This document shows, in pieces, positions 1-9,339 of a stretch of DNA of 64,000 bases (position 1 is the first letter of the stretch; each line of letters opens with the position of its first letter). The translations under genes were made by a program, and so were the position numbers. This stretch comes from a virus (Duplodnaviria > Caudoviricetes): IMG/VR virus record IMGVR_UViG_3300035208_002115; one strand, 5' to 3'. The notes under the pieces were generated by a model, which did not search any database, was not told where the DNA came from, and was given only the letters and a program-made list of their open reading frames with translations.

Positions 1-352
1 CTCTTAAAAAATAAGTACCACCTTTTGGTGGGTGAACTTCAACGATTGTATAACGGGTTCTAAAAACCACAGAATAATAAGTATATAAAGCTTCTGCCCA
101 GTATCCTTTTGGCATCGGTATCTCATCATATTCAGCTAATATAGAATCATGAACATAATTAACCATAGAATCTGATTTATTATCTTTGAATAATTCTTTA
201 AGAAGTATTTGTCGTTCGGCTTCTAATTGATTCATTTTTTTACTTCCACGTTCGGCTCTTTCCATATTCTGTAAATCAGAAAATTCATCAAGTGCTACCA
301 CTAACTCAGCAGTCATTTCAATAAACCGTTTTTTTATTTCTTCGATGCTCAT
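1..352 (-). CDS. Hypothetical protein, runs off the left edge (MSIEEIKKRFIEMTAELVV...)
   Basis: Manual translation; ATG at 352, open to position 1; follows ORF 354-533. Confidence 0.7.
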   Translation of the reverse strand, partial: MSIEEIKKRFIEMTAELVVALDEFSDLQNMERAERGSKKMNQLEAERQILLKELFKDNKSDSMVNYVHDSILAEYDEIPMPKGYWAEALYTYYSVVFRTRYTIVEVHPPKGGTYFLR

Positions 353-353
353 A

Positions 354-533
354 TTATTCGTTATTTTGTGCGAAGTTAAACAATTCTATCAATTTCATTT
401 CCCTAACCACATCAATAGTTACTAAATTATTGTCGATATCTTCCATCAACCTTCTATCACTTTCTAATTTAAATTCTTCCGTTTCACCCACTAATCTATA
501 ATATTGTACTAAGTCGGTTTTACCATTTACCAT
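354..533 (-). CDS. 59-aa protein with near-C-terminal R-x-x-K-L-x-x-L-F tag (VVREMKLIELFNF)
   Basis: Manual translation MVNGKTDLVQYY...REMKLIELFNFAQNNE; below the ORF-track cutoff; TAATATATA upstream at 556-565. Confidence 0.7.
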   Translation of the reverse strand: MVNGKTDLVQYYRLVGETEEFKLESDRRLMEDIDNNLVTIDVVREMKLIELFNFAQNNE

Positions 534-586
534 TAAACCTTTAATATTTTTCTTGTATATATTAGAAAAATATATTCCCGTCCCGA

Positions 587-596
587 TTAATATATA
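587..596 (+). promoter_or_regulatory. TTAATATATA putative late-type promoter
   Basis: Motif recurring shortly upstream of start codons; divergent near-copy at 556-565 on the minus strand. Confidence 0.5.
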
Positions 597-620
597 AATA
601 AAAATATAAACATTAAAAAA

Positions 621-1037
621 ATGACTGCTGAACTCTCTAATATTCTTTCAACTGCTAAAATATATGACTTGATGTTTAATACCGAGACAAAAACTGACAA
701 TGGCTGGAAGTTATCCATCCAAGGTAAATCATTGGATGATGTTATATTTTTATATGATAGATTAAGCGATTATTTATTTGATAATAAAATACCTTTTAAA
801 ATAGCGACCAATAAGCGAATAATTTCCAGTAATAAAGAACAGTCACAAAAGGTGATGACTATTTATGTACCAGATTACATTGATGTTTATGAATTTGCCG
901 AAACAATATATTCTAAAATTATAGATTACAAAGGCTGGTACAATATTAAAACACCCACTAATTATGAATTTTACGCTGGCGGTGTTTATATCCGAAATGA
1001 TAGGGATGAATATGGAGATTACATCCCTGCTAAATAA
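621..1037 (+). CDS. Stand-alone protein resembling the phosphoSer/Thr-lyase domain (LanKC N-terminus/OspF-like)
   Basis: Motif order GWKLSI...IPFK...QKVMTIY...GVYIR; family call tentative. Confidence 0.45.
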   Translation: MTAELSNILSTAKIYDLMFNTETKTDNGWKLSIQGKSLDDVIFLYDRLSDYLFDNKIPFKIATNKRIISSNKEQSQKVMTIYVPDYIDVYEFAETIYSKIIDYKGWYNIKTPTNYEFYAGGVYIRNDRDEYGDYIPAK

Positions 1038-1061
1038 ACTTTTTAATTATTTCATTATATA
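1036..1061 (+). promoter_or_regulatory. AAAC-N18-TATA putative early/middle promoter
   Basis: Same spacing at 7 intergenic sites in the window. Confidence 0.55.
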
Positions 1062-1086
1062 AACATTCAAAGATTATAGTTATAAA

Positions 1087-1446
1087 ATGTTTACATCATA
1101 TCACTTTGGGCATAAAATTTATTCTAAATCAATAAAAATAAATGAGAACACAATCAAAAATTCTCCTTGGAGATTTGTCGATACAAATGAACTTATTGTT
1201 GAAAGTAAACGAAAATGTCCTAAATGTGATAAAGAACCTACATCTGAAGGACACGACCCGTGTATTGCTAATTTACCTGATGTGAAATATGCATGTTGTG
1301 GACACGGCATTCCAAATGATGCATACATTTATTTTGAATCTGGAGAAATATACAGATTTCCGACATCGGAAGAATTTCACAATTTTATAGACAAATACGA
1401 AATAAAAAAATATGGCATACTTCGACTTCCTAATAGGGGAAAATAA
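1087..1446 (+). CDS. Cys/His-rich phage hypothetical protein (putative Zn-binding)
   Basis: CPKC...GHDPC...ACCGHG. Confidence 0.7.
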   Translation: MFTSYHFGHKIYSKSIKINENTIKNSPWRFVDTNELIVESKRKCPKCDKEPTSEGHDPCIANLPDVKYACCGHGIPNDAYIYFESGEIYRFPTSEEFHNFIDKYEIKKYGILRLPNRGK

Positions 1447-1762
1447 AGGAATCCCAAAACCAGACATGGAATATATTTACATGATGGATATGGTATGGAC
1501 ACCTAATGTACTTGGTGACAAGCCAATTAAGATTGGTACTATCATGGTAGATGTTATTCAACTTGAAAATCGAAGTTACGAATTTACTTGTAAAGAAACT
1601 GGTGAACGATTAAGAAGCAATTATGCTTGGTCTTTAGCTGAGAACACTCCTGAAAATGTAAAAAGAATTAAATTTTATAACAAAGAATATATTAAATTCA
1701 AAAAACACGAAAAGAAAATAAAATATTTACGTAACGATATATTTACATTAGAACCTCATTAA
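1412..1762 (+). CDS. Hypothetical protein
   Basis: 116-aa ORF overlapping the upstream gene end. Confidence 0.65.
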   Translation: MAYFDFLIGENKGIPKPDMEYIYMMDMVWTPNVLGDKPIKIGTIMVDVIQLENRSYEFTCKETGERLRSNYAWSLAENTPENVKRIKFYNKEYIKFKKHEKKIKYLRNDIFTLEPH

Positions 1763-2256
1763 AAATTCTGTTCTTCTTTCTTTCTTTTAAATTCTTTAAG
1801 ATATTCTTCTCTACTTAATCTTTGGTCAACAAAATATGATTTACCAGAATTTTTTTCATCATCGGCTGTCCATCGATTGGATTCTTGGGTTTTAAGTTTT
1901 TCCAATTCTTCAGCGTATTGAATTTCATGTTCTTCAATCTTTTTTAGAAGACCAGATAAATAAGATTTAAATGGTGTACCGTCATCTTTATACTCGACAT
2001 TATACTCTTTATTATTGTAATAAATAATTAACATATCATCTTTTATAACCACATCAGTATAAAACATAAGAGAGCCGATATTACCTACTTTGTGTATAAG
2101 TCTATTTTTTTGAAGATGATATCTTTTTACAAACTCATCGTGAATTTCGAGTGTAGAACTCTTTTTATTTAGAACTGAACTACCTAAATCTAATTTAAAT
2201 ATATCAATAGTTCTAATTTTCCTTAACATAGTGTTATTAGAAATAATACTAAACAT
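1759..2256 (-). CDS. Hypothetical protein
   Basis: 165-aa ORF, co-oriented with 2279-2812. Confidence 0.7.
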   Translation of the reverse strand: MFSIISNNTMLRKIRTIDIFKLDLGSSVLNKKSSTLEIHDEFVKRYHLQKNRLIHKVGNIGSLMFYTDVVIKDDMLIIYYNNKEYNVEYKDDGTPFKSYLSGLLKKIEEHEIQYAEELEKLKTQESNRWTADDEKNSGKSYFVDQRLSREEYLKEFKRKKEEQNF

Positions 2257-2278
2257 AATAAATTATTTGTTTTTAATA

Positions 2279-2812
2279 TTACGCAGCAGGGGTTGTTTCT
2301 TCAGCAGGTTTTTCTTCCTCTGCTGGCGGTGTTTCTTCTGCTGGAGCTTCTTCGGCTGTTGGTTCTTCTGCAAATTCAGATGATGCAGTTTCTTCACTCG
2401 TAGCTGGTTCAGCTTTAAATTTTCCTATTTCATCAATATTTGTAATCTTATCAACTATAAAATCTTCTGTTATGTCAGTTATTGGAACTTCTTCTTCATA
2501 ATTTTCTATAAGATTATTATCGGCATCATATTTTTTTAGAGTTAATACCAATTTTGTAAGTTTATCATCTTGAAACATTCCTTGGTCGATAAAGAAAATA
2601 AGTTGAAACCTATTATCATCATCTTCGAAATCTACAATTATATCTCTTGATGTTCCCTGAGATAAATTGGATTCTTCAATTTCTAATAGATTAGTGTTTT
2701 GTGATAATGAACCTTCCGAAAACCAACTTCTAAGATTTATCAATAAATCATCAAAATATCTTCTTATTATATTGTTACGTGATTGTGCAAAATCTTCAAA
2801 AAGTTTAATCAT
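2279..2812 (-). CDS. Acidic protein with capsid-targeting-like N-terminus (MIKLFEDF) and E/A/P/T-rich tail; putative head/internal protein
   Basis: N-terminal motif; TTAATATATA at 2834-2843 upstream. Confidence 0.6.
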   Translation of the reverse strand: MIKLFEDFAQSRNNIIRRYFDDLLINLRSWFSEGSLSQNTNLLEIEESNLSQGTSRDIIVDFEDDDNRFQLIFFIDQGMFQDDKLTKLVLTLKKYDADNNLIENYEEEVPITDITEDFIVDKITNIDEIGKFKAEPATSEETASSEFAEEPTAEEAPAEETPPAEEEKPAEETTPAA

Positions 2813-2863
2813 AGAATGTTTTTAGTTTTAATCTATATATTAAATACTGTTTTTAATTTTTAA

Positions 2864-3871
2864 TTATTTGGTAGTATCAGTTTTCAGTTCGGATAATATA
2901 TCATATTTTCCTTTTTTATACAAAGCTTCCCACCCAACATTTATATTCTCAATTGAATAAATAAATGTACATTTAGAACAAAAAACATTTCTCGGATGAG
3001 ATATTTTTTTAAATGAATTATAATTTTTAGAATTTATACAAACATCTTCAAAAGAATCATTTAATAAATTCCCATAAATAACTGGGTTAACATAACAACA
3101 AGGATGAACATCACCCTTATAAGTAATAAACAAATCTTTTTCTACTGAAGGACATTGTGTCAAATTATTTACTGTTGTTGCATTAGCATCAGGTATACAA
3201 ATTCCACCCACAACATCTGGTATTACAATATACAATCCAGTATTTTCATAGAGTTTTTTAATTTTATTAACTTCTTCTAAAAAATAATCATTTATAGAAT
3301 CAAGCTCTTGATGTAATTCTGCATTGTATTTATCATCTCCTTGGGCGTAATTTAAAATCATATTCATATTATTTTCTTTAAAATATGTCGCAATTTCAAA
3401 TATTCGGTGTATATTTTTTGTTTGTAATGTGAATATGCCAGTTGGTCTTCTTTTTATACTTGATAAATCTTTTACATTATTATTTATTATTGATAAATTA
3501 GCACCTCTTATCTCTTTCATTTCTTGAAAATCTGGTGAATCTATTGAAACCCATAATTGTACATCATATTCTATGAACTTTTTTATAATCGCATTATTCA
3601 CAAATGATAAATTTGTAGCAAGCGATATTTCTAATTGTGGGTAACTGATTTTTGTATATTCTAATATTTCAACGAAATCTGGGTGTATAGTACTCTCGCC
3701 TCTTGAATTAAGTCGTATAACTTTTGTATAAGGGGCTACTTTATCTAATATAGTCGCATAATCTTCACACGAAATAAATTTGGTTTTATCGACTTTACCA
3801 CCGAAACTACATATACCACATGAAAGGTTACATGTGTTGGATAATTCTATACCAATGAATTCTTTTAACAT
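2864..3871 (-). CDS. Radical SAM protein with SPASM/Twitch domain
   Basis: CNLSCGIC (CxxxCxxC), RGESTIHP, C-terminal C...GDVHPCC...GNL...CSKC. Confidence 0.9.
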   Translation of the reverse strand: MLKEFIGIELSNTCNLSCGICSFGGKVDKTKFISCEDYATILDKVAPYTKVIRLNSRGESTIHPDFVEILEYTKISYPQLEISLATNLSFVNNAIIKKFIEYDVQLWVSIDSPDFQEMKEIRGANLSIINNNVKDLSSIKRRPTGIFTLQTKNIHRIFEIATYFKENNMNMILNYAQGDDKYNAELHQELDSINDYFLEEVNKIKKLYENTGLYIVIPDVVGGICIPDANATTVNNLTQCPSVEKDLFITYKGDVHPCCYVNPVIYGNLLNDSFEDVCINSKNYNSFKKISHPRNVFCSKCTFIYSIENINVGWEALYKKGKYDILSELKTDTTK

Positions 3872-3877
3872 AAAAAA

Positions 3878-4894
3878 TTATTTTAAAGTTGCGTTTTCTT
3901 TTCTAACACTATGACTTATACCACATGGTTTTGTACATAAAGACATTTCTTGTCTTAAATCATTGTTATTATTCCAGAAATCAGTTAAATCACCATATTT
4001 CCTAATATAAGTTCCTATATAGGGTATTGAAAAACAAAGCCTTGCAGCACCATGCATATCAATCATTATATTTCTATCATAAGAATTACATATAGGCATT
4101 TTCGTTTTATTATCACACCACCCTTTAGTATTATTTGATTCGTTTACACTGCTATGGTACGTTTCTACAACATTCAACCATTTCGGGTTTAAATTAAGAT
4201 TATATTTTTCGTTGCATTGCTTAATTATCATAAGAAGTTCGTTATAATTTTTAATAATGTTTTCCTTATAGAATATATCATTATCTCTAATTGAATCAGT
4301 TGGAGCGAAAGTGGGTTGTAAAAAATTTAATTTTAACTTATCTGCACCAAGTTCATTCAATACTAAATCATACATAGCATCCAACTCACGATAATTGAGT
4401 TCACAAACAACAGCCATTACATAAATAGGATTTGTTTTATCTAATTTTTTTCTGGCAGCAACTAAAAGTTTTATCGCATTAATAACTAAATCATAAGAAC
4501 CTATAAACCCTCTGGAGTAATCGTGTATTTCTGGTATATGACTATTTAATGATAATGTTATTTGTGTTGCTCCATCCAAAATCATTCTTTCGGCAGACTT
4601 TTCATCTGTAATTTTTGTTCCGTTTATAACGGAAAAACATTCAAGGCCAAGTTTTCTACATTGTATTGTAATTGGAAAATATCGTTCTGGATTTAATAAA
4701 GATTCACCGCCACAAATCACCACTGTTCCATTTGGATTGAGATTTGAAAATTCTTTTATAATTAAACTTCTCTGTTCGATAGTAATGTGTGTTGGTAATA
4801 TTGTTTCTTTTCTAACCCAATATTTACAATGTTTACATTTTAAATTACATTGATAATTAATATCTAAAAAAAGAAATTGTGGTGGTTTGTACAT
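3878..4894 (-). CDS. Radical SAM protein with C-terminal Cys cluster
   Basis: CNLKCKHC, ICGGESLL, C-terminal C...LC...CTKPC. Confidence 0.9.
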   Translation of the reverse strand: MYKPPQFLFLDINYQCNLKCKHCKYWVRKETILPTHITIEQRSLIIKEFSNLNPNGTVVICGGESLLNPERYFPITIQCRKLGLECFSVINGTKITDEKSAERMILDGATQITLSLNSHIPEIHDYSRGFIGSYDLVINAIKLLVAARKKLDKTNPIYVMAVVCELNYRELDAMYDLVLNELGADKLKLNFLQPTFAPTDSIRDNDIFYKENIIKNYNELLMIIKQCNEKYNLNLNPKWLNVVETYHSSVNESNNTKGWCDNKTKMPICNSYDRNIMIDMHGAARLCFSIPYIGTYIRKYGDLTDFWNNNNDLRQEMSLCTKPCGISHSVRKENATLK

Positions 4895-4927
4895 ATTTTA
4901 ATTATTAAAATTTTATTGATATACATC

Positions 4928-4950
4928 TATATATTCAACAAGTTTGGTTC
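4928..4950 (-). promoter_or_regulatory. AACC-N12-TATATA putative promoter upstream of the radical SAM pair
   Basis: Same architecture at 7389, 34226, 62147 and (N13) 58586. Confidence 0.4.
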
Positions 4951-5026
4951 AATAGTTAAAATGTAATAAATTTTATAAAAAATAGTTTCAATTATTTTAT
5001 ATATATGTAAAAAGAATATTAAAAAT

Positions 5027-5821
5027 ATGTCTATTATAAGCTTTTCAGAATTCAACCTTAATGAAGGTCTTACCAAAATAAAAGTTGGTGACACAATTGT
5101 GGTAACTAAAGATGATACATCGGATGAACCAAAACGTACATTAAAAGTTGGTTCTGAATATGTTGTTAAAGCACTTGATTATTTAAGTGGGTGGTTAAGA
5201 CTTGAAGGTGAAAAATATCTTCACAATCCAGACAATTTCAAAAAAGTTAAATCAGAAAAAAAAGTGAATGAAGATTCATCAACAACAGGAACTGTTGGTT
5301 CTGGAACAGCCGTTGGTGGTGGTGCAACTGGGTCATTTACATCTGCTGCTGGTGTATCAGTAAGTGGTGGTGATTCTGGTACTGCATATGCAACTAATTC
5401 TATGAAAGGTATGGGTGCTATAAAAAGCGCACAACCATCCAAAACACCGGGCGATGTTGCTGGTTCAACCGAAGGTAGTGGTGATATTGGTTCTGTTTTA
5501 GGAACATTCACCAAACAACCTGCTGGTGGTGGATATAAAAAAAGAAAGAAAAAAGGAGAAAAAGTGGAAAATCAAATAAAAAATATGTATGTCGTTAAAT
5601 TCAGTGAATTTGATGGTGTTAAAAACATAAAAGAAAATGCTTATATTCCACCTAAAAAAGTGAAATGTCAAGAATGTGGTGAAGAAGTAGAAGATGATTT
5701 TGTTACTATGTTGGGTCATGTACAGAATAAACATTGGGCGCAACCTAATGCAAGATTCGTTGATGCTGAACCAAGAGAAATGGTGAAACAATTTTTTCAT
5801 GAAATACCCGAAAAAAAATAG
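5027..5821 (+). CDS. Multi-segment putative internal head protein (CTS-like N-terminus, SH3-like segment, G/S/T-rich segment, C2H2-like Zn finger)
   Basis: MSIISFSEFNLNE; internal VVKFSEF...IKE; CQEC...HVQNKH. Confidence 0.6.
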   Translation: MSIISFSEFNLNEGLTKIKVGDTIVVTKDDTSDEPKRTLKVGSEYVVKALDYLSGWLRLEGEKYLHNPDNFKKVKSEKKVNEDSSTTGTVGSGTAVGGGATGSFTSAAGVSVSGGDSGTAYATNSMKGMGAIKSAQPSKTPGDVAGSTEGSGDIGSVLGTFTKQPAGGGYKKRKKKGEKVENQIKNMYVVKFSEFDGVKNIKENAYIPPKKVKCQECGEEVEDDFVTMLGHVQNKHWAQPNARFVDAEPREMVKQFFHEIPEKK

Positions 5822-5826
5822 ATTCT

Positions 5827-6177
5827 ATGAAATATTTAATTCTATTTAATGAATCTAACGGTATTACTCAGACAAATACTACCTCATATACAGCAAGTAA
5901 GCTTATTGACAAACTAAAACGTCTTAATTATATTAATGGTAGTTTGACCCCAGAACATGGCGATAAAGGTGGATTATATACAGGGATTAAAACAGGGTAC
6001 AATATAAGAATAATATTATCTGGTGATAAAAGTGCATTGGACAGGACATTTGATATTAATGTTTCAAATAAAGATGCTTTATCAACCAAAGGGTTTAATT
6101 CTTTCGATGAAGATAGTGATGCAGTTGATATATCTTTTAAGGATATTGGGGTGATAATTAAAGATTTAAACAAATAA
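5827..6177 (+). CDS. Hypothetical protein with CTS-like N-terminus (MKYLILFNES)
   Basis: ORF and N-terminal motif. Confidence 0.65.
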   Translation: MKYLILFNESNGITQTNTTSYTASKLIDKLKRLNYINGSLTPEHGDKGGLYTGIKTGYNIRIILSGDKSALDRTFDINVSNKDALSTKGFNSFDEDSDAVDISFKDIGVIIKDLNK

Positions 6178-6347
6178 TGAAAAATATGAAAAACTGGCAA
6201 ACCTTTATTAAAGAATTTGTAAATTATAATGAAAGAGAAACTGATTTAAGTTGGATTATAGAAATATTACCCAATTTAAAAGAAGAACAAATTTATAAAA
6301 TTCGAGAATTTATGATGAACGACCTAAATTTAGAAGGAGAAGAATAA
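6177..6347 (+). CDS. 56-aa protein with CTS-like N-terminus (MKNMKNWQTFIKE)
   Basis: Manual translation; TAATG coupling to the upstream stop; below ORF-track cutoff. Confidence 0.65.
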   Translation: MKNMKNWQTFIKEFVNYNERETDLSWIIEILPNLKEEQIYKIREFMMNDLNLEGEE

Positions 6348-6363
6348 AAATAAAAATATAAAA

Positions 6364-7038
6364 ATGATAACAACTTTTAATACCTATACAAACGAGAATA
6401 AGTCGTTCTCTGATTATCCATATCAAATGTTTTATTCAAAAGATAATATAGCTTCAGCTAAAGGTGCAAAATCTGAAAGAGAATTAATTAGTATGGCTAA
6501 GAATTTAAATTTAAAAGAATTTGCTATTTATAAAACATATGCTAATGGTAGAACTTTTTATTCAACTGCTGATGAAAATTTCTTAGTATCTTGGTATGAC
6601 AAGGGTGGTCGTGATTATTGGTCAAATAGGTCTAAAAAAGAACCAGAATTATTAAAGAAGAAAATTGAAAAACTTGATGAAGGTTTAATGGATGATTTAA
6701 TAGCTGATAGTGATGCTGGTGTTAAACAGACCAATGAATACAGTGATAAACCAATTTTTGTTTTATGGGCTGAAAAAGCAACAAAAGATTTTCCCAGTAT
6801 AATTAAAAAAGCTATGTATAAAGGAAAAAGCAATAAATTGTGGAACAGAGAATATATTACAAATGCACATAATGGATATGGTACGGTTTTCTTTATTGAT
6901 GCTAACAACGTACCAGAGGCTAAATCCGAATTAATAAAAGCATTACGACACGGCTCTGCTGATAATATTTATTATTTTGGTGTAAATTCTAAAGCCATGT
7001 TAGATGGGATAGATTGGAACTATATTATAAATAAATAA
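6364..7038 (+). CDS. Hypothetical protein with CTS-like N-terminus (MITTFNTYTNE)
   Basis: 224-aa ORF, N-terminal motif, internal KLDE. Confidence 0.7.
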   Translation: MITTFNTYTNENKSFSDYPYQMFYSKDNIASAKGAKSERELISMAKNLNLKEFAIYKTYANGRTFYSTADENFLVSWYDKGGRDYWSNRSKKEPELLKKKIEKLDEGLMDDLIADSDAGVKQTNEYSDKPIFVLWAEKATKDFPSIIKKAMYKGKSNKLWNREYITNAHNGYGTVFFIDANNVPEAKSELIKALRHGSADNIYYFGVNSKAMLDGIDWNYIINK

Positions 7039-7047
7039 GAAAACATT

Positions 7048-7072
7048 AACTTTTTATTAATTGAAGGATATA
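7048..7072 (+). promoter_or_regulatory. AAC-N18-TATA putative promoter
   Basis: Conserved spacing; upstream of 7098. Confidence 0.5.
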
Positions 7073-7097
7073 ATAGATAAATTTTATATCCTTTTTT
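7064..7097 (+). terminator. Putative intrinsic terminator
   Basis: AAGGATATAA/TTATATCCTT inverted repeat followed by T-run, after 6364-7038. Confidence 0.5.
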
Positions 7098-7388
7098 ATG
7101 TCGTATATAGGAAAAAATGTTTTTATTCAAACTAAAAAAACATCAGGTGTTTATCGAGTTATAAAAGAAACTAAGTCTAAGAAAACATTAACCCTTCAGG
7201 AAAATGAATTGATAGAAAAAGATGAAATTCCAGTTAAGATACATAATATTTTCTTTTCAATAAAAAATTCACATAGACTTGAATATAGAGAAAACTCAAA
7301 TGGTAATATAATAAGAATTCGCCTTAATAAGAACGATGTGTGGTACATTTTAAATCATTATGAACCCATTGATATGAAATTTATTTAG
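7098..7388 (+). CDS. Hypothetical protein
   Basis: 96-aa ORF downstream of promoter motif. Confidence 0.6.
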   Translation: MSYIGKNVFIQTKKTSGVYRVIKETKSKKTLTLQENELIEKDEIPVKIHNIFFSIKNSHRLEYRENSNGNIIRIRLNKNDVWYILNHYEPIDMKFI

Positions 7389-7412
7389 GAAACGTTGATT
7401 AGGTAATATATA
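7389..7412 (+). promoter_or_regulatory. AACG-N12-TATATA putative promoter upstream of dnaJ
   Basis: GAAACG 7389-7394, TATATA 7407-7412. Confidence 0.4.
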
Positions 7413-7434
7413 ATAAAATAAAAAATGAAATTTA

Positions 7435-8478
7435 ATGGATTATAATAAAAACTACTATACGATTTTAGGTCTCACCAAGGATGCTGATAAGGATTTGATT
7501 AAGAAAACCTATAAAAAACTGGCCTTAAAATATCATCCTGATAAAAACAATCAAGATAAAAAATCAGAAGAAAAATTCAAAGAAATAAATGAAGCGTATC
7601 AAATCATTGGTGATGATGTTAAAAGAAATGATTATGATGTAAGAAGTCCACATGGTAAGAGTTATAATCCGAATCCATTTGGTAGTGGATTTAATCCATT
7701 TACTGGTAGAGGGGGTGGTGGTGGAGATTTTAATGATATTTTTGAAGTATTTAAAAATTTCGGACACACACAAGGTTTTAATTTTAATTATAAAGAACAA
7801 TTTCATGAAAATTTAGATATTAGTGTTTCAGTAAATGTCTCAATAGAAGATATTTATAACAATAATCCAATAAAGGTTGTATATGATAGAAATATACATT
7901 GTAGTGAATGTAATGGAACAGGTTTCAACCCACACAGCGAATCATTTGTTTGTGAAGTATGTGGCGGTTCAGGTCATGGTATGTATGGTAATAAATGTGA
8001 GAGTTGCCAAGGTTCTGGTAGAATATATTCAGCTACTTGTCCGAAATGTAAAGGGGAAAAACTTCAAAATAAAAAAGAAGAATTTAATTTCTTAAATTCT
8101 TATCAGGTTCGCAACTCTTTTAAAACCAGAAAAGGTAGATATGGACATCAATCGAAATATTATCGTGGTACAAGTGGGGATTTAATAGTAACACTTATTT
8201 TCATTAATAATACAAATTTTGTTATTCGCCCAGATAATAATTTAGATTATAAATTGAATATCCATTATGAAGATGCCATCAACGGTTTAGATTATCAAAT
8301 AAAGACCCCAGATAAAAAATCGTATAATGTTAAAATACCAGCTAATACAAAAGATGGTGATGTGTTAAAATTAAATGGAATAGGAATGTTAAATTTAGAT
8401 GGGAAGACACGTTCGGGGATATATATAGTTATAAATATTATTATAGATTATGAAAGACTTGGAAAAAATAGCATTTAA
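7435..8478 (+). CDS. dnaJ: Class A DnaJ co-chaperone
   Basis: J domain with HPD, G/F-rich linker, four CxxCxG motifs, C-terminal substrate-binding domain. Confidence 0.92.
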   Translation: MDYNKNYYTILGLTKDADKDLIKKTYKKLALKYHPDKNNQDKKSEEKFKEINEAYQIIGDDVKRNDYDVRSPHGKSYNPNPFGSGFNPFTGRGGGGGDFNDIFEVFKNFGHTQGFNFNYKEQFHENLDISVSVNVSIEDIYNNNPIKVVYDRNIHCSECNGTGFNPHSESFVCEVCGGSGHGMYGNKCESCQGSGRIYSATCPKCKGEKLQNKKEEFNFLNSYQVRNSFKTRKGRYGHQSKYYRGTSGDLIVTLIFINNTNFVIRPDNNLDYKLNIHYEDAINGLDYQIKTPDKKSYNVKIPANTKDGDVLKLNGIGMLNLDGKTRSGIYIVINIIIDYERLGKNSI

Positions 8479-8515
8479 TCTTTAATATATATTTATATAA
8501 AATAATTAAATTTTA

Positions 8516-9028
8516 ATGTATCAAACAATTGACCAGTCATTGGATTTCATAAATGATTTGTATAAAATACTTTCTACAAATGAAAAAGTATTATACAATG
8601 ATTCTAAAATGTCTAAGGATAAGTATTATAAGAATGTTATTGGTAAATTACTTTTAAAGTATTTAAGTTTGCCTGAAGATTATATGACTGTTTCAAAAGA
8701 AGGATTTGTTGTTGAAAAATCACATATTTTATTACATAGGGCATTGACTGATATTTTCTGTAAATTACAAAAGAAATATTATGGAAACGAAGATTTATTC
8801 GGAATAGAAAAAAAATCAAATTATATAACCTCATTTTATGAAGATACTTCATATATTTGTGAGACATATATTTATTCCAATTTTAATACTAAATTTTTAG
8901 ATTGGATAAAGGCATATAATGAAGATTTAGTTTATGTTGAAACCGAAACGTACAAATATTATGGATTTTTAAATAAAAAACTGGAATTAAATTCTGGTTC
9001 TTATGCTTCTAAAACTTTTAAATTTTAA
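8516..9028 (+). CDS. Hypothetical protein
   Basis: 170-aa ORF; TTAATATATA at 8482-8491. Confidence 0.7.
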   Translation: MYQTIDQSLDFINDLYKILSTNEKVLYNDSKMSKDKYYKNVIGKLLLKYLSLPEDYMTVSKEGFVVEKSHILLHRALTDIFCKLQKKYYGNEDLFGIEKKSNYITSFYEDTSYICETYIYSNFNTKFLDWIKAYNEDLVYVETETYKYYGFLNKKLELNSGSYASKTFKF

Positions 9029-9040
9029 ATTTTATTTATC

Positions 9041-9334
9041 ATGAAAAAAAGTATTTTTTTGTTTGTTACAATGCTATTCTTAATGGCATGTAGTTCATCT
9101 ATTAAAACAACCACCGAAAACGAGGAAGGTTATGTTGGTAAAATTGAAAGTATAACATATCTCGGAAAAATGAATACCAAAGTAACTTATGTTGTAACTA
9201 CTAAAACTGAAGTTCAGTTAGTTGGTAAAGTTAAAAAACTAAAAAATGGTAAAAAATGTTTCATTGTTAAAAAATCAGATGGACATGATTATCTTTTAGT
9301 TGAAAAAATTGGTGAATTTGAAATAGCAAGATAA
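9041..9334 (+). CDS. Putative lipoprotein
   Basis: MKK + hydrophobic stretch + LMAC lipobox. Confidence 0.7.
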   Translation: MKKSIFLFVTMLFLMACSSSIKTTTENEEGYVGKIESITYLGKMNTKVTYVVTTKTEVQLVGKVKKLKNGKKCFIVKKSDGHDYLLVEKIGEFEIAR

Positions 9335-9339
9335 ATTAT

